A DNA stretch of 64,000 bases from an uncultured Actinomycetota bacterium (GCA_963799945.1 CAWCZG010000007.1:404440-468439), one strand, 5' to 3'; positions 47,329 to 57,837 are shown, counted from the stretch's first letter. A program made the numbers and translations. Notes: generated by a model from the sequence alone, not told the origin.

Positions 47329-47452
47329 GCCGTGGCACCGGGCGATCCGCACAAGCTTCGCATGGGAGAGGCGGGAGAAATGGGCCTGAACCGGCCCGCA
47401 CCTCACAGACCGTCGACAAAGACCGCTGCCGGAGCTGTGCGCGCCCGGTGAA

Positions 47453-48286
47453 TCACCGTCTCGGTCGATCAGTCGTCTGTGCCACCGCCGTCATGTTGGC
47501 GCGGAGCTGCTGGAGGCTGCGTGTCAGCAGTCGCGAGACATGCATCTGGGAGATCCCGAGCCGCTGCGCGATCTCGGTCTGCGTCATCTCCCCGAAAAAC
47601 CGCAGCACCACCACGGTGCGGTCCCGCTCCGGCAACTTGTTCAGCAACGGACGCAGCGCATGCCGCTCCTCCAGCTTCGCCAACTCCCCGTCGAGCACAC
47701 CCAGGCGCTCGACCAGCGGGACACCGGTCTGCGGGTCGACGCCGTCCAACGCGCTCGCCTGATAGCCGGCCCGCGCATCCAACGCCGCAATGATCTCCGC
47801 TACCCCCACCCCGAGCCGCGCCGCCAACTCACTCGGACGCGGCGCCCGACCCAGCTCCTGCGACAGCGGCCCGGTAGCCCGGCCGATCTGGACGCTCAGG
47901 TCTTTGAGCCCGCGCGGCACCCGCAGCGACCAACTGCGGTCGCGAAACCACCGCAGCATCTCCCCCCGCACACACGGGATCAGATAGCCCAGGAAGTCCC
48001 CACGCGCCAGCTCGGGATCCCACCGGTCGATCGCCGTGATCAACCCGACCATCCCGACCTGCGTCATTTCCTCCACCGACACCGTGTTGCCGTTCGCATG
48101 CCGGTGAGCCAGGTTCTCCACCACCGGCACAAACGCCAGGATCAGCTCCTCCCGCAACACCCGCCGCCGGGGATCCCCCGCCTGCAGGCACGCGAACTCG
48201 CGCAACCTCGACATCTGACCGGCGTAGGCGCTCGGCGCGCCGATCGAGCTCACCGCAGGCGGAAGGAAGCCGGGCGAAGCTGACAT
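47453..48286 (-). CDS. SigB/SigF/SigG-family RNA polymerase sigma factor
   Basis: VGLITAIDRWDP, GEMLRWFRDRSWSLRVPR, LGRAP, LRFFGEMTQTEIAQRLGISQMHVSRLL. Confidence 0.92.
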   Translation of the reverse strand: MSASPGFLPPAVSSIGAPSAYAGQMSRLREFACLQAGDPRRRVLREELILAFVPVVENLAHRHANGNTVSVEEMTQVGMVGLITAIDRWDPELARGDFLGYLIPCVRGEMLRWFRDRSWSLRVPRGLKDLSVQIGRATGPLSQELGRAPRPSELAARLGVGVAEIIAALDARAGYQASALDGVDPQTGVPLVERLGVLDGELAKLEERHALRPLLNKLPERDRTVVVLRFFGEMTQTEIAQRLGISQMHVSRLLTRSLQQLRANMTAVAQTTDRPRR

Positions 48287-48345
48287 AGGACGCCCTCCCT
48301 CCGCACAGGGAAACGCATGATCATTCTGCAGTGGTGACCCGTCGG

Positions 48346-48627
48346 TCAGGGGCGGGCGCCGCCGCGGCGGGCGTAGAGGTTGGCCGCGATGACCACGCCG
48401 ATGGCGGCGATGACGATCTGGATGATCAGCAGCACCCACGGAATACCGCCGTTGGCGTTGGCGTAGCCCAACGCGCCCGCGATGAACGCGCCGATGAACG
48501 CGGCGATGATGCCGATCACGATGGTCAACCAGATCGGGATGGGTTGGCGTCCGGGCACGACCAGCCTGCCCAAGGCTCCGATGATGAGGCCGATGATGAT
48601 CGCGGAGATGATCCCGGTGATGGTCAC
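48346..48627 (-). CDS. GlsB/YeaQ/YmgE family stress membrane protein
   Basis: IIIGLIIGALGRLVVPGRQPIPIWLTIVIGIIAAFIG. Confidence 0.92.
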   Translation of the reverse strand: MTITGIISAIIIGLIIGALGRLVVPGRQPIPIWLTIVIGIIAAFIGAFIAGALGYANANGGIPWVLLIIQIVIAAIGVVIAANLYARRGGARP

Positions 48628-48762
48628 GAAGGGTTCCTTCCCGTCAATGATGCCGATCAGGGGTGCAGATCGCCGTCGATCCGCACCTTCGCAGCGAATC
48701 ACCCCTGCGCAGGCACCGCTACACCCCTAGGGAGGTAGTGCCCTGCCCAGCGACGCTCGAGG

Positions 48763-49419
48763 ATGGTCCCGGTGATCACGGTGGCGCTGGTCGACGACTA
48801 CGACGTCGTCCTCCTCGGGCTGGCCCGCATGCTCGAGGGCTACCGCGACCGGATACGCATCGTGGAGATCGACGCGAACGAGCCCGTCGAGGACGTCGTG
48901 GACATCGTGTTGTACGACTCCTTCGCCCAGCCCGAGTCCGACCAGGCCGAAGTCGCGGTCCTCGCCGACAACCCGCGCGCGAACCGCGTGGTCGTCTACA
49001 CCTGGAACTTCCACCCCGACCTCGTCGACAGCGCGCTGGGGCAGGGCGCCCACGGCTACCTGTCCAAGACGTTGACCGCCCGCGAGCTCGTGGAGGCGTT
49101 GGAGACGGTGCACCGCGGGGAGGTCGTGGTCAGCGACCACCCACCGCGCGCCCGCAGCGCCCCCGGCCTGGAATGGCCCGGGCGCAAGGAGGGCCTGACC
49201 GACCGGGAGTCCGAGGTCCTCGCGCTGATCACCCAGGGCAAGAGCAACGCCGAGGTCGCCGCGTTGACCTACCTCAGCCCCAACACAGTGAAGTCCTACA
49301 TCCGGACCACCTACCGCAAGATCGACGTCGAGAGCCGCACCCAAGCCGTCCTCTGGGGCGTCGCCCACGGCTTCACCCCCGACCGCAACCGCATCGCCTC
49401 CTGGCGCACCGAAGAGTGA
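48763..49419 (+). CDS. Orphan NarL/LuxR-family response regulator
   Basis: VALVDDY, IVLYDSF, GYLSK, GLTDRESEVLALITQGKSN...NTVKSYIR. Confidence 0.92.
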   Translation: MVPVITVALVDDYDVVLLGLARMLEGYRDRIRIVEIDANEPVEDVVDIVLYDSFAQPESDQAEVAVLADNPRANRVVVYTWNFHPDLVDSALGQGAHGYLSKTLTARELVEALETVHRGEVVVSDHPPRARSAPGLEWPGRKEGLTDRESEVLALITQGKSNAEVAALTYLSPNTVKSYIRTTYRKIDVESRTQAVLWGVAHGFTPDRNRIASWRTEE

Positions 49420-49581
49420 CCGGGGCCGCCGGCCCGGCTCCACCGTCCGCGCCGTCGCCGGCCTGCAGGTCATGGCCGCCGTGCGCAACTTCGCTCTCAC
49501 CGCGCTACGCCTGGCAGGCAGCTCGAAGATCGCCGCCGGACTCCGCCACCACGCCTGCGAACACCGACGACCACGGACCAT

Positions 49582-50466
49582 CTACGCGATCACCTGACGA
49601 CGCTGCACTGATCCTGGGGGTTGGGCCAGCATCTGCCGTAACGCTGTCACTGCGGGTGGGGTGTCGGAGCGGCGCCAGATGAGTGGCGTGACGACGTGGG
49701 CGTGGGAGCGAGGCAGGGCGTGGCGTTGCACGTTTGCGGCGTCGAGCACGTCGAGAACCGACTCGGGCATGACGGCTATCCCGGTGCCGGAGGCGACACA
49801 GGCCACGATGGCGTGGTACGAGGCGAGCTCGAGCACCCTTCGGCGCTGAAGGCTGCCGGGCCCGAGCCAGCGTTCGAGCACCCGGCGGTAGGCGCACCCG
49901 TGAGGGAAGGCGATGACCGAGTCGTCGCGCACATTGTGTGCCGAGGTCACCGGTGGATGGGCGAGCGCGGTGATGACGACCAGGGTCTCGGCGAAGAGCG
50001 GCAGGTGGTCGAACCCGGACGAAGCAGGGGTTTCGGCGACGAAAGCGGCATCGAGACTGCGCTCGGCCACGGCGGCGGTCAGGAAGTCGTTGGTACCGGT
50101 GATGAGCTCGACCCGCACATCCGGGCAGACGCGGTGAAACCGCGCCAGCACGGCAGGCAAGCGACTGGCCGTGGTGCTCTCCAGGGCGCCCAACCGCAAC
50201 ACCCCACCTGGCAGCCCGGCCACGGCACTGCGCGCCTCGTCGGCGAGCCGCAGTAGGCGGTCGGCGTAAGCGAGCAACCGTTCACCCTCGGCCGACAGGT
50301 GCAGCCGCTGCCGCTCCCGCACGAACAGCCGCACCCCCAGCGTGGCCTCGAGATGTTGCACCCGCGTAGTGACGCTCGACGGCACCCGGTGCAGCTTCCG
50401 CGCCGCAGCCGCGATACCACCCTCCTCGACCACGGTCGTGAACACCTGAAGGTCGGCGAGCTCCAT
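49582..50466 (-). CDS. LysR-family regulator
   Basis: MELADLQVF...AARKLHRVPSSVTTRV; LGALESTTASRLP; GCAYRR. Confidence 0.95.
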   Translation of the reverse strand: MELADLQVFTTVVEEGGIAAAARKLHRVPSSVTTRVQHLEATLGVRLFVRERQRLHLSAEGERLLAYADRLLRLADEARSAVAGLPGGVLRLGALESTTASRLPAVLARFHRVCPDVRVELITGTNDFLTAAVAERSLDAAFVAETPASSGFDHLPLFAETLVVITALAHPPVTSAHNVRDDSVIAFPHGCAYRRVLERWLGPGSLQRRRVLELASYHAIVACVASGTGIAVMPESVLDVLDAANVQRHALPRSHAHVVTPLIWRRSDTPPAVTALRQMLAQPPGSVQRRQVIA

Positions 50467-50525
50467 GCCCGCACCTTTCTCATCTGGAGAACAGACAGTT
50501 CTCTGATCGTCGCTGTCGTCGAACG

Positions 50526-51830
50526 TTGACCGAACCTAGCATCCGGGGCGTGCCCGCCACCCTCGCTGGTTTCCTCGCGCTGGCCGCGGCCATGGGCATC
50601 GGCCGGTTCGCGTTCACCCCGGTGCTGCCGCTGATGCAGCAGCAGTTGGGCCTGTCGCTCGCTGGGGGCGGCGTGGTGGCGGCCGCGAACTACGCGGGTT
50701 ATCTGGCCGGGGCGCTGGCGTGCACGCTGTGGCGACCGCACCCTGTGGCGCTCGTGCGCGTCGGCCTCGCGGCCGTGGCGGTGCTCACTGCCGCGATGGC
50801 CCTGGTGCCGACCTTCTCGGGCTGGGTGTTGCTCCGCTTCGGCGCCGGGTTCGCCAGCGCCGCGGTGTTCGTGGGCGTCTCCTTGCTCACGGTGGCCGCC
50901 GGTAGCTACGCCGGCGTGGGGTCGGGCATCGCGCTGGCCGGGCTGCTGGTCCTGGTGGTGGGGCGGCTGGCGGGGTCCGCGAATGCGGCCTGGATCGCGC
51001 TCGGTGCCCTCGCCGCGGTCCTGGCCGCGATGGCCTGGAAGCCGACGCGTGAACGTCCGCCTGCGCCGTCGCGAGCTCCCGGACCGCCGCCCTCGTCGGC
51101 TCGACCCACCCCGACCGCGACGCCGCGACGGCTCGTGTTCTGCTACGCCGCTCTCGGCCTCGGCTACATCCTGCCCGCCACGTTCCTGCCCGCCGCGGCG
51201 CGCGATCTGGTATCCGACCCCGCCGTCTTCGGCTGGGTCTGGCCGATCTTCGGGGTCGCCGCCGCCGTATCCACCCTTGCCGCGGCCCCGCTACTGCATC
51301 GCTACGGCCCGCTGCGGGTCTGGGCGCTCGCCCAAACGGTGATGGCCGCAGGCGTGCTGGCACCGGTGGCGCGGCCAGGCGTGCCCGCAGTCGCGCTGGC
51401 GGCGGTGGCCGTGGGTGCCACCTTCATGGTCGCGACCCTCGCCGCAATGCGAGCCGCCACGCAGGTCGCCCCCCGGGCCACCCGTCTCATCGCCGCCATG
51501 ACCACCGCGTTCGCGGTCGGGCAGCTCGTCGGTCCGCTGCTCGTCCGCGGCGATGACCTCGCCGCCCCGAGCGTGCTCGCTGCCGCGGTACTCATCGCCG
51601 GCGCCGCCGCCCTGCTCCTCCCCCATCGGATGAAAGGACACCGCCGTGACGACCCCACCCACGACGCCGGCCATCGACCGGATGCCCCCGCTGTCGCTCG
51701 AGACGATGGACCCCGACCAGCGGGCGGCCGCCGAGGAGCTGATCGCCGGTCCGCGGAAGGCGGTACGCGGGCCGTTCATCCCGCTGATGCGCAGCCCCGA
51801 GCTGCTGAACCGGATACAGAAGGTCGGTGA
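50526..51830 (+). CDS. YbfB/YjiJ-family MFS transporter; C-terminus probably over-extended by an indel near 51620
   Basis: AMGIGRFAFTPVLPLM, ANYAGYLAG, GLGYILPATFLP; ORF overlaps the next gene by 185 nt. Confidence 0.85.
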   Translation: MTEPSIRGVPATLAGFLALAAAMGIGRFAFTPVLPLMQQQLGLSLAGGGVVAAANYAGYLAGALACTLWRPHPVALVRVGLAAVAVLTAAMALVPTFSGWVLLRFGAGFASAAVFVGVSLLTVAAGSYAGVGSGIALAGLLVLVVGRLAGSANAAWIALGALAAVLAAMAWKPTRERPPAPSRAPGPPPSSARPTPTATPRRLVFCYAALGLGYILPATFLPAAARDLVSDPAVFGWVWPIFGVAAAVSTLAAAPLLHRYGPLRVWALAQTVMAAGVLAPVARPGVPAVALAAVAVGATFMVATLAAMRAATQVAPRATRLIAAMTTAFAVGQLVGPLLVRGDDLAAPSVLAAAVLIAGAAALLLPHRMKGHRRDDPTHDAGHRPDAPAVARDDGPRPAGGRRGADRRSAEGGTRAVHPADAQPRAAEPDTEGR

Positions 51831-52263
51831 GGTACTGCGCTTCCACAGCGTGCTGCCCGCCCGGCTCACCGAGCTCGCCACGCTCGTTGTCGCCCGCACC
51901 TGGACCCAACAGTTCGAATGGACCGTCCACGTTCCACTCGCCCTGCAGGCAGGCGTCGCACCCCAGACCGTAGAGGCGCTACGCCACGGCAGGCGACCGC
52001 CCGCACTGCCCGACGCCGAGCGTCGTGTCGTCGACATCGTGCACGAACTACTCACCCACCACGACCTCAGCGACGCCAGCTACGACGACGCCGTGACCGT
52101 CTTCGGCGAGCGCGGCATCGTGGAACTGGTAAGCCTCGTCGGCTACTTCACCATGCTGTCCATGATCCTGAACGTGGCACACACCCCACCCGACACCGCC
52201 GATGTGCCGCTGCTGCCGGCCTTACCAGCACAAGCGCTACTCCACCCGAGCCAACGGCGATGA
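51646..52263 (+). CDS. Carboxymuconolactone decarboxylase (AhpD-like) family protein
   Basis: GPRKAVRGPFIPLMRSPEL, ELATLVVAR, FEWTVH, VELVSLVGYF; AAAGGA RBS. Confidence 0.88.
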   Translation: MTTPPTTPAIDRMPPLSLETMDPDQRAAAEELIAGPRKAVRGPFIPLMRSPELLNRIQKVGEVLRFHSVLPARLTELATLVVARTWTQQFEWTVHVPLALQAGVAPQTVEALRHGRRPPALPDAERRVVDIVHELLTHHDLSDASYDDAVTVFGERGIVELVSLVGYFTMLSMILNVAHTPPDTADVPLLPALPAQALLHPSQRR

Positions 52264-52319
52264 GCGGTCGCTGAAGGAGCGGCGGTGGCCTGCGGCCCTC
52301 AGCCGCCGGTCAGCGCCCG

Positions 52320-52389
52320 GACCAACCGACCGCTCACGCGGCCTGACCGCACCTATCCACCCGAGTCAACGAAACTCGGGGCAGACCCG
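52320..52389 (+). mobile_element. Possible IS3-family right-end remnant (alternatively just a hairpin)
   Basis: DQPTAHAA* tail followed by GTCAACGAAACTCGGGGCAGACCC, similar from memory to IS3-type ends; also CCCGAGT/ACTCGGG hairpin. Confidence 0.3.
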
Positions 52390-52595
52390 ATTGCGTCACA
52401 CGAGTTCGGCAAGTCCCACCGGCAGTTGCGGCACCTGCAGGTAGGTCGGTTCGAGGCTGCGACCACCCGGTCGCCTACCTTCTGCGGGCGACCGCCGACG
52501 TGGAGGCCCGCGTCGCGGATCGCGTCGATGACCCCGAGGTTCTCGTGTCTGTGAATGATCGGGAACGGGTCCCTTCCTCCGCGACGGCGGGCGGG

Positions 52596-53597
52596 TCAGC
52601 CCTGATGTGCGGCGACGCCGACCGGGCGCCGCTCGGCGCGGGAACGTTCGAGGGCGTCGGCGATGATGAACGCCTGCAGCGCGTCGTCGATGCTGCAGGG
52701 GTTCTCGCCACGACCGGAGACCAAGTCGACGAACGCGTTGAGCTCCGCGGCGTAGCTCGAGCCGAAGCGGTCGTAGAAGTAGCTCCATGGCGTCCCGGCC
52801 GGGAACTGGACGCCGGGCTCCGCTGAGCGGACCGGGGTGCGGTCCGAGAGCCCGACGGTGTAGGTCGCCTGGGTTCCGGCGAGCTCCATCCGGATGTCGT
52901 AGCCCGCCCCGTTGTAGCGCGAGGTTTGCGCAGTCACGAGAGTGCCGTCGTCGAGGGTGAGCAGGGCGGCAGCCTCGTCGACGTCACCGGCCTCGCCGAA
53001 GTAGGCGGCACCGCGGTTGGCGCCGGTGGCGTAGACCTCGACCACCTCGTGCCCGGAAACCCAGCGCAGGATGTCGAGGTCATGGATGGTGAAGTCCCGA
53101 AAAATCCCGCCCGAGGTCGACACGAACGTTGCAGGCACGGGAACAGGGTCACCGCTGATGAGGTGGACGCGGCGGAGCCCGCCCAGCTTGCCGGCGCGCA
53201 GCGCAGCCCGCGCAGCGACATACCCCGGGTCGAAGCGCCGCATGAAACCGACCTGCACCGCGGTTCCGGTCTCCCCCACGTGGCGCAGCACTTTCGCGGT
53301 GCGCGCCGAATCGAGCGCGACCGGCTTTTCGCAAAAGGTGGTCACGCCGGCGCTCGCCGCGCGCTCGACCAGCTCGGGATGCGAGGCCGACCCGGTCGCC
53401 ACAACCAGCCCGTCGAGACCGGCGGCGAACAGCTCGTCCTGCCCCGCCACCGCCCACCCGCCCAGCTCGGCAGCGACCTTCTCGGCTCGTGCGACGTCCA
53501 CGTCTGCGACCACGAGCTCGGTCACGTCCGAGTGTGCGGCGAGCAGGGCGGCGTGCCCGGCTCCGATCCGGCCGACTCCGGCAATACCGATTCTCAT
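52596..53597 (-). CDS. iolG: Gfo/Idh/MocA oxidoreductase, inositol 2-dehydrogenase-like
   Basis: GVGRIG, FCEKPV, GFMRRFDPGY, SGGIFRDFTIHDLD, GYDIRMEL; iol context. Confidence 0.82.
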   Translation of the reverse strand: MRIGIAGVGRIGAGHAALLAAHSDVTELVVADVDVARAEKVAAELGGWAVAGQDELFAAGLDGLVVATGSASHPELVERAASAGVTTFCEKPVALDSARTAKVLRHVGETGTAVQVGFMRRFDPGYVAARAALRAGKLGGLRRVHLISGDPVPVPATFVSTSGGIFRDFTIHDLDILRWVSGHEVVEVYATGANRGAAYFGEAGDVDEAAALLTLDDGTLVTAQTSRYNGAGYDIRMELAGTQATYTVGLSDRTPVRSAEPGVQFPAGTPWSYFYDRFGSSYAAELNAFVDLVSGRGENPCSIDDALQAFIIADALERSRAERRPVGVAAHQG

Positions 53598-53608
53598 TGC
53601 AGGACTCC

Positions 53609-53806
53609 TCAGTCGTGCGCGCCCGCGACGAGCTGGTCCCAGTCCAGGACCGAGCCGGTCGCTACCCCGCTTGCCGGGGACAGCAGTTCGGCACGGCGGC
53701 CGGTGACGGCGATCGCCCTGGCCCCTGCGTTGACGGCGGCTCGCGCGGCCGCAGCACCGACTCCCGTCGTGCCGCCGCTGACGAGAATGACCATGTCATC
53801 GAGCAT
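53609..53806 (-). pseudogene. SDR oxidoreductase with in-frame internal deletion
   Basis: VSGGTTGVG...VTGRRAE joined directly to LLSPASGVATGSVLDWDQ..*; YxxxK core missing. Confidence 0.8.
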
Positions 53807-53903
53807 CGCGTTACCCCACAATGTCTCACCCTCGCATCCGTCTGGCCGATTGCGACGGCTCGTGGCACGTCGTTGTCCTGAAAGCGAAGCGTACGATCAC
53901 GAA

Positions 53904-54011
53904 GTTGCGTCAGTCAAGACATGTAGAACTTCATGGTGCGCTATACGCATCGAACGCCCACGATCAGCAGATTCTGCCGTTGACCGCGTCATCAGTTGCG
54001 TGATAAGAAAC
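53904..54011. promoter_or_regulatory. Three related 17 bp sites, candidate IclR operators
   Basis: GTTGCGTCAGTCAAGAC (53904), GGTGCGCTATACGCATC (53935), GTTGCGTGATAAGAAAC (53995). Confidence 0.55.
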
Positions 54012-54015
54012 ATTC

Positions 54016-54804
54016 ATGGCAACAGTCGGCTCGCTGGAACGGGGTCTTCGCATCCTCGACATGCTCGTCGAAGTGGAGGCCGATCCCCTTCGCAGGACCA
54101 CGGGGTTGTCCGTCCAGCAGGTCGCGAACGAGCTCGGGCTGCACAAGAGCTCTGCGTCCCGGCTGCTGCAGACCCTGGTGGGCCGGGGGTATGCGGCCCC
54201 GTGTCGCCCGTCCGGGCGTGGCTTCCGACTTGGACCCGCAGTGCAGATGTACACGCAGTTGCGGGACGCGCAACAACAGTTCAGCGAGTTCGCCCGGCCA
54301 TTGCTCACGCGGTTGGTCGGGGAAACGGGCGAGTGCGCGCACTCGGCGGTGTCAGCAGGCAGGTCTGCGCTGGTGATCGACGACGTCGAGACGACCCACC
54401 CGCTGCGGGTCGTGGCCGGCAGGGGCCGGAAGGTCCCGCTGCACTGCACATCGGCGGGGAAAGTTCTTCTCGCCCACGGCCTGGCGACAATGCCCGGAGA
54501 GCTGCAGGCCCGCACGTCACGCACGATCACCAATCCCGAGATACTCGCGCTGCACCTACAAGAGATCGTTACCCGCGGGTACTCGCTCGACGACGAGGAG
54601 AATGACCTCGGCGTCCGGTGTATCTCCGCGCCCGTCTTCGACGGAATCGGCGGCGAGGCTCTGGGCTGCATCGGTATCGACGGACCCGCGATTCGTATAA
54701 CCCCGGACGCGATCGACGAGCTCGCTGCCCACGTGGTCAGGGCGGCGCGCGACCTCACCGAGATGCTCGGCGAGCAGCACCTCCCAGAGTCTGCCGCCAT
54801 CTGA
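54016..54804 (+). CDS. IclR-family regulator
   Basis: SLERGLRIL, LHKSSASRLLQTL, PLHCTSAGKVLLA, RGYSLDDEE..GVRCISAPV. Confidence 0.95.
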   Translation: MATVGSLERGLRILDMLVEVEADPLRRTTGLSVQQVANELGLHKSSASRLLQTLVGRGYAAPCRPSGRGFRLGPAVQMYTQLRDAQQQFSEFARPLLTRLVGETGECAHSAVSAGRSALVIDDVETTHPLRVVAGRGRKVPLHCTSAGKVLLAHGLATMPGELQARTSRTITNPEILALHLQEIVTRGYSLDDEENDLGVRCISAPVFDGIGGEALGCIGIDGPAIRITPDAIDELAAHVVRAARDLTEMLGEQHLPESAAI

Positions 54805-54943
54805 CCCGGGGGCACTCGAGCACGGCAATTCCGCCGCCCTGGCACGGACGGCGCAGACGTCCACCGGCCGACCACAGCGTCGGTCGGCGGCACCGGGCGC
54901 CCCGGCGGGAGCGCCTCCCCACATCAGGAAGGGTTGATTCGTC

Positions 54944-56842
54944 GTGTCCACAATCAGACTGACCGCGGGTCAGGCACTCATCAAGTACCTCAGCGTCCAG
55001 GGCGTCGAGCGCGATGGGGAGAGGCACAACTTCTTCTCCGGCATCTGGGGAATCTTCGGCCACGGCAACATCGGCGGGCTCGCCCAGGCCATCCAACAGT
55101 TCGAGGACGAGTTGCCCTACCACATGGCGCGCAACGAGCAGGGCATGGTGCACGCCGCCATTGCCTACACCAAGATGCGCAACAGGCTCTCCGCCTACGC
55201 GTGCCTGTCCTCCATCGGCCCGGGCGCGACCAACATGGTCACCGGCGCGGCCACCGCCACGGTCAACCGGCTGCCGGTGCTCGTGCTGGCAGGCGACTCC
55301 TTCGCCGAGCGCGTGCAGGCCCCAGTGCTCCAGCAGCTCGAGAACGAGCACTCGCCCGAGACCACGGCCAGCGACACCTTCCGCCCAGTAGTGCGGTACT
55401 GGGACCGCATCAACCGCCCCGAGCAGCTGATCACCTCGCTGCCCGAGGTTCTGCGGACCCTGACCTCCCCGGCCGACACCGGTGCGGCATTCGTCAGCAT
55501 GCCCCAGGACGTCGGCACCTTCGCCTACGACTTCCCGGCCCAGATGTTCCTGCCCCGGACCTGGCACATCGCCCGCAACCGCCCGGACACCCGAGCGATC
55601 GAGCGCGCCGCCGCCGCCATCCGCCAGGCGCGCCGCCCGCTCATCCTCGCAGGCGGTGGCGCCCGCTACAGCCAGGCCGAGGAAATCATCGCCCGGTTCG
55701 CGGAGCAGACCGGCATTCCGGTTGCCGAGACCCATGCCGGCAAGGGCACGCTGAACTATGAGCACCCGCTCAGCCTCGGCGGAGCGGGCGTCGCCGGATC
55801 CAAGGGCGCGAACGAGATGGCCCAGGCCGCCGACCTGATCATCGGTATCGGCACTCGCTACACCGACTTCGCCACCGCGTCGAAGACGGCGTTCCAGAAT
55901 CCGGACGTCCAGTTCGTCAACATCAACGTCTTCGAGATGGACTCGCACAAGCACGGCGCTGTCGCCCTCACCGGCGATGCCCGCGCGGTGCTCGAAGAAC
56001 TCATCGAGGCCGTCGGCGACTACGACACCGGCGCCGAGTACCGCGCCGAGGTCACCGCCCACCAGCAGTGGTGGAACGCCGAGGTCGACCGCCTCTACAC
56101 CGCCACCAACGGCGCGCTGCCCACGCAAGCTTCGCTGATCGGCGCCGTGGTCAAGGCCAGCGACCCGACCGACGTTGTGGTCACGTCCGCCGGCAGCCTG
56201 CCCGGTGACCTGCTGAAGCTATGGCGGTCGCGGGAGTCGCTGAGCTACCAGGTCGAGTACGGCTACTCGGTGATGGGCTACGAGATCGCGGGCGGCATCG
56301 GCGCCAAGCTCGCCGACCCCAGCCGCGAGGTCTTCGTGATGTCGGGCGACGCGTCGTTCCTGATGATGAACTCCGAGCTGGCTACCGCCGTCCAGGAGGG
56401 CATCAAAATCACCCTGGTACTCATCGACAACCACGGCTACTCCAGCGTCGGCAACGTCTCCGAACAGGTCGGCTGCGAGGGCTTCGGCTGCCACTACCGG
56501 TTCCGCGGGACCGACGGCAAGTACTCCGGGGATCTGCAGCACCACGACCTCGGGAAGATCTGTGAGGGACTGGGCGCCCGCGTGCTGAAGGTCTCCGCCC
56601 TCGACGACTTCGAGAAGGCTCTCTTCGACGCCCGCGGCTCAGCGGAGAGCACCGCGATCGTTGTGGAGACCGACTGGCACGAGCGCATTCCGGGCTACTC
56701 CACCTGCTGGTGGGATATGGCGACTGCCGAGGTCTCGGAGATGCCGGCTGTGCAGACCGCCCGCCAGGAGTACGTCAGGAACAAGGGACAGCAGCGTTGG
56801 CTGAGTACTCTCGGCACGGACCCGGCCGACGCGTCGCGATGA
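54944..56842 (+). CDS. iolD: 3D-(3,5/4)-trihydroxycyclohexane-1,2-dione acylhydrolase
   Basis: GIFGHGNI, RNEQGM, SIGPGATNM, PVLQQLE, EYGYSVMGYEIAG, GDASFLMMNSEL, WWD. Confidence 0.95.
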   Translation: MSTIRLTAGQALIKYLSVQGVERDGERHNFFSGIWGIFGHGNIGGLAQAIQQFEDELPYHMARNEQGMVHAAIAYTKMRNRLSAYACLSSIGPGATNMVTGAATATVNRLPVLVLAGDSFAERVQAPVLQQLENEHSPETTASDTFRPVVRYWDRINRPEQLITSLPEVLRTLTSPADTGAAFVSMPQDVGTFAYDFPAQMFLPRTWHIARNRPDTRAIERAAAAIRQARRPLILAGGGARYSQAEEIIARFAEQTGIPVAETHAGKGTLNYEHPLSLGGAGVAGSKGANEMAQAADLIIGIGTRYTDFATASKTAFQNPDVQFVNINVFEMDSHKHGAVALTGDARAVLEELIEAVGDYDTGAEYRAEVTAHQQWWNAEVDRLYTATNGALPTQASLIGAVVKASDPTDVVVTSAGSLPGDLLKLWRSRESLSYQVEYGYSVMGYEIAGGIGAKLADPSREVFVMSGDASFLMMNSELATAVQEGIKITLVLIDNHGYSSVGNVSEQVGCEGFGCHYRFRGTDGKYSGDLQHHDLGKICEGLGARVLKVSALDDFEKALFDARGSAESTAIVVETDWHERIPGYSTCWWDMATAEVSEMPAVQTARQEYVRNKGQQRWLSTLGTDPADASR

Positions 56843-57837
56843 ACCTCGACACCGCCCCGACCCCGAATTGGACTCCGCGGCTCCTCACGGTCGGGCGCGT
56901 CAACCTCGACATGTACGTCGAGGGGCTCGGCGTTGCGATGGCGGATGCGTCCTCGTTCCGGGCATCGGTCGGGGGAAGCCCGACCAACATCGCTATCGCC
57001 GCCACGCGCCTCGGACTCCCCTCGGCGGTGCTCTCCGCGGTGGGCGCGGACTTCGCCGGAGAGTTGGTGCGCAAGCAGCTCGCCGCAACCGGTGTTCGCA
57101 CCGACTGGGTGCTCACCCTGCCCGGTTCGACCTCGTTGGCGTTGCTGGCCACGCTGTCCGCCGACGTCGGTGAACGCCAGTTCTACCGCGACGACCCCGC
57201 CGACGCCCGTGTGGGCCGGGCGGTCGTGGCGGTACTTCCCTGGGGCTCGCTCGAGGCGATCGCAATCTCCGCGGACGCTCTCGCCCGCGGCGAGATGGCC
57301 GACACCATCACCGCGATCGTCGAGCAAGCGGACCGGCGAGCGATCCCCGTGTGGTGGGACCTCGATCTGCGCCTGACCACCTGGGCCGATCCGGGCCACT
57401 ACGCCCGCATCGTCCGCGCCGCCGTCCAGGACGCTTCGGTCGTCATCGGGACCGAGAACGAGTTCGCTGCGCTGTTCGGCCTCGGCGCCGACGACGTCAC
57501 CGGCGTAGAGAATGCGCTCGCCGAAGCGGCGTTTCCGCAGGCCGTGCTCAAGCGCGGCGGGGCCGGTGCCGCCCTGTTCATCGACGGGCACGAGCAAACC
57601 TCCGCGCCCGCCGAAGTCATCGACCCCGTTTGCACGGTCGGAGGTGGGGACGCGACCGCCGGTTCCTTGATCGCCGCGCGGCTGTGCGGCTTCGACTGGG
57701 AGCATGCCCTGCGACTCGCCATGCGGGTCGCGGGCCGGACCGTCCAACAGCCCTATTGCTCCAGCGGCTTCCCGACGCTCACCGACATCGGGCTCTCGGC
57801 CCTCGACCCGGATCAGCTCGACGAGGTGAGCGCATGA
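56839..57837 (+). CDS. iolC: 5-dehydro-2-deoxygluconokinase (PfkB family)
   Basis: TVGRVNLDMY, GGSPTNIAIAATRLG, DLDLR, VGGGDA; ATGA overlap with iolD. Confidence 0.85.
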   Translation: MNLDTAPTPNWTPRLLTVGRVNLDMYVEGLGVAMADASSFRASVGGSPTNIAIAATRLGLPSAVLSAVGADFAGELVRKQLAATGVRTDWVLTLPGSTSLALLATLSADVGERQFYRDDPADARVGRAVVAVLPWGSLEAIAISADALARGEMADTITAIVEQADRRAIPVWWDLDLRLTTWADPGHYARIVRAAVQDASVVIGTENEFAALFGLGADDVTGVENALAEAAFPQAVLKRGGAGAALFIDGHEQTSAPAEVIDPVCTVGGGDATAGSLIAARLCGFDWEHALRLAMRVAGRTVQQPYCSSGFPTLTDIGLSALDPDQLDEVSA

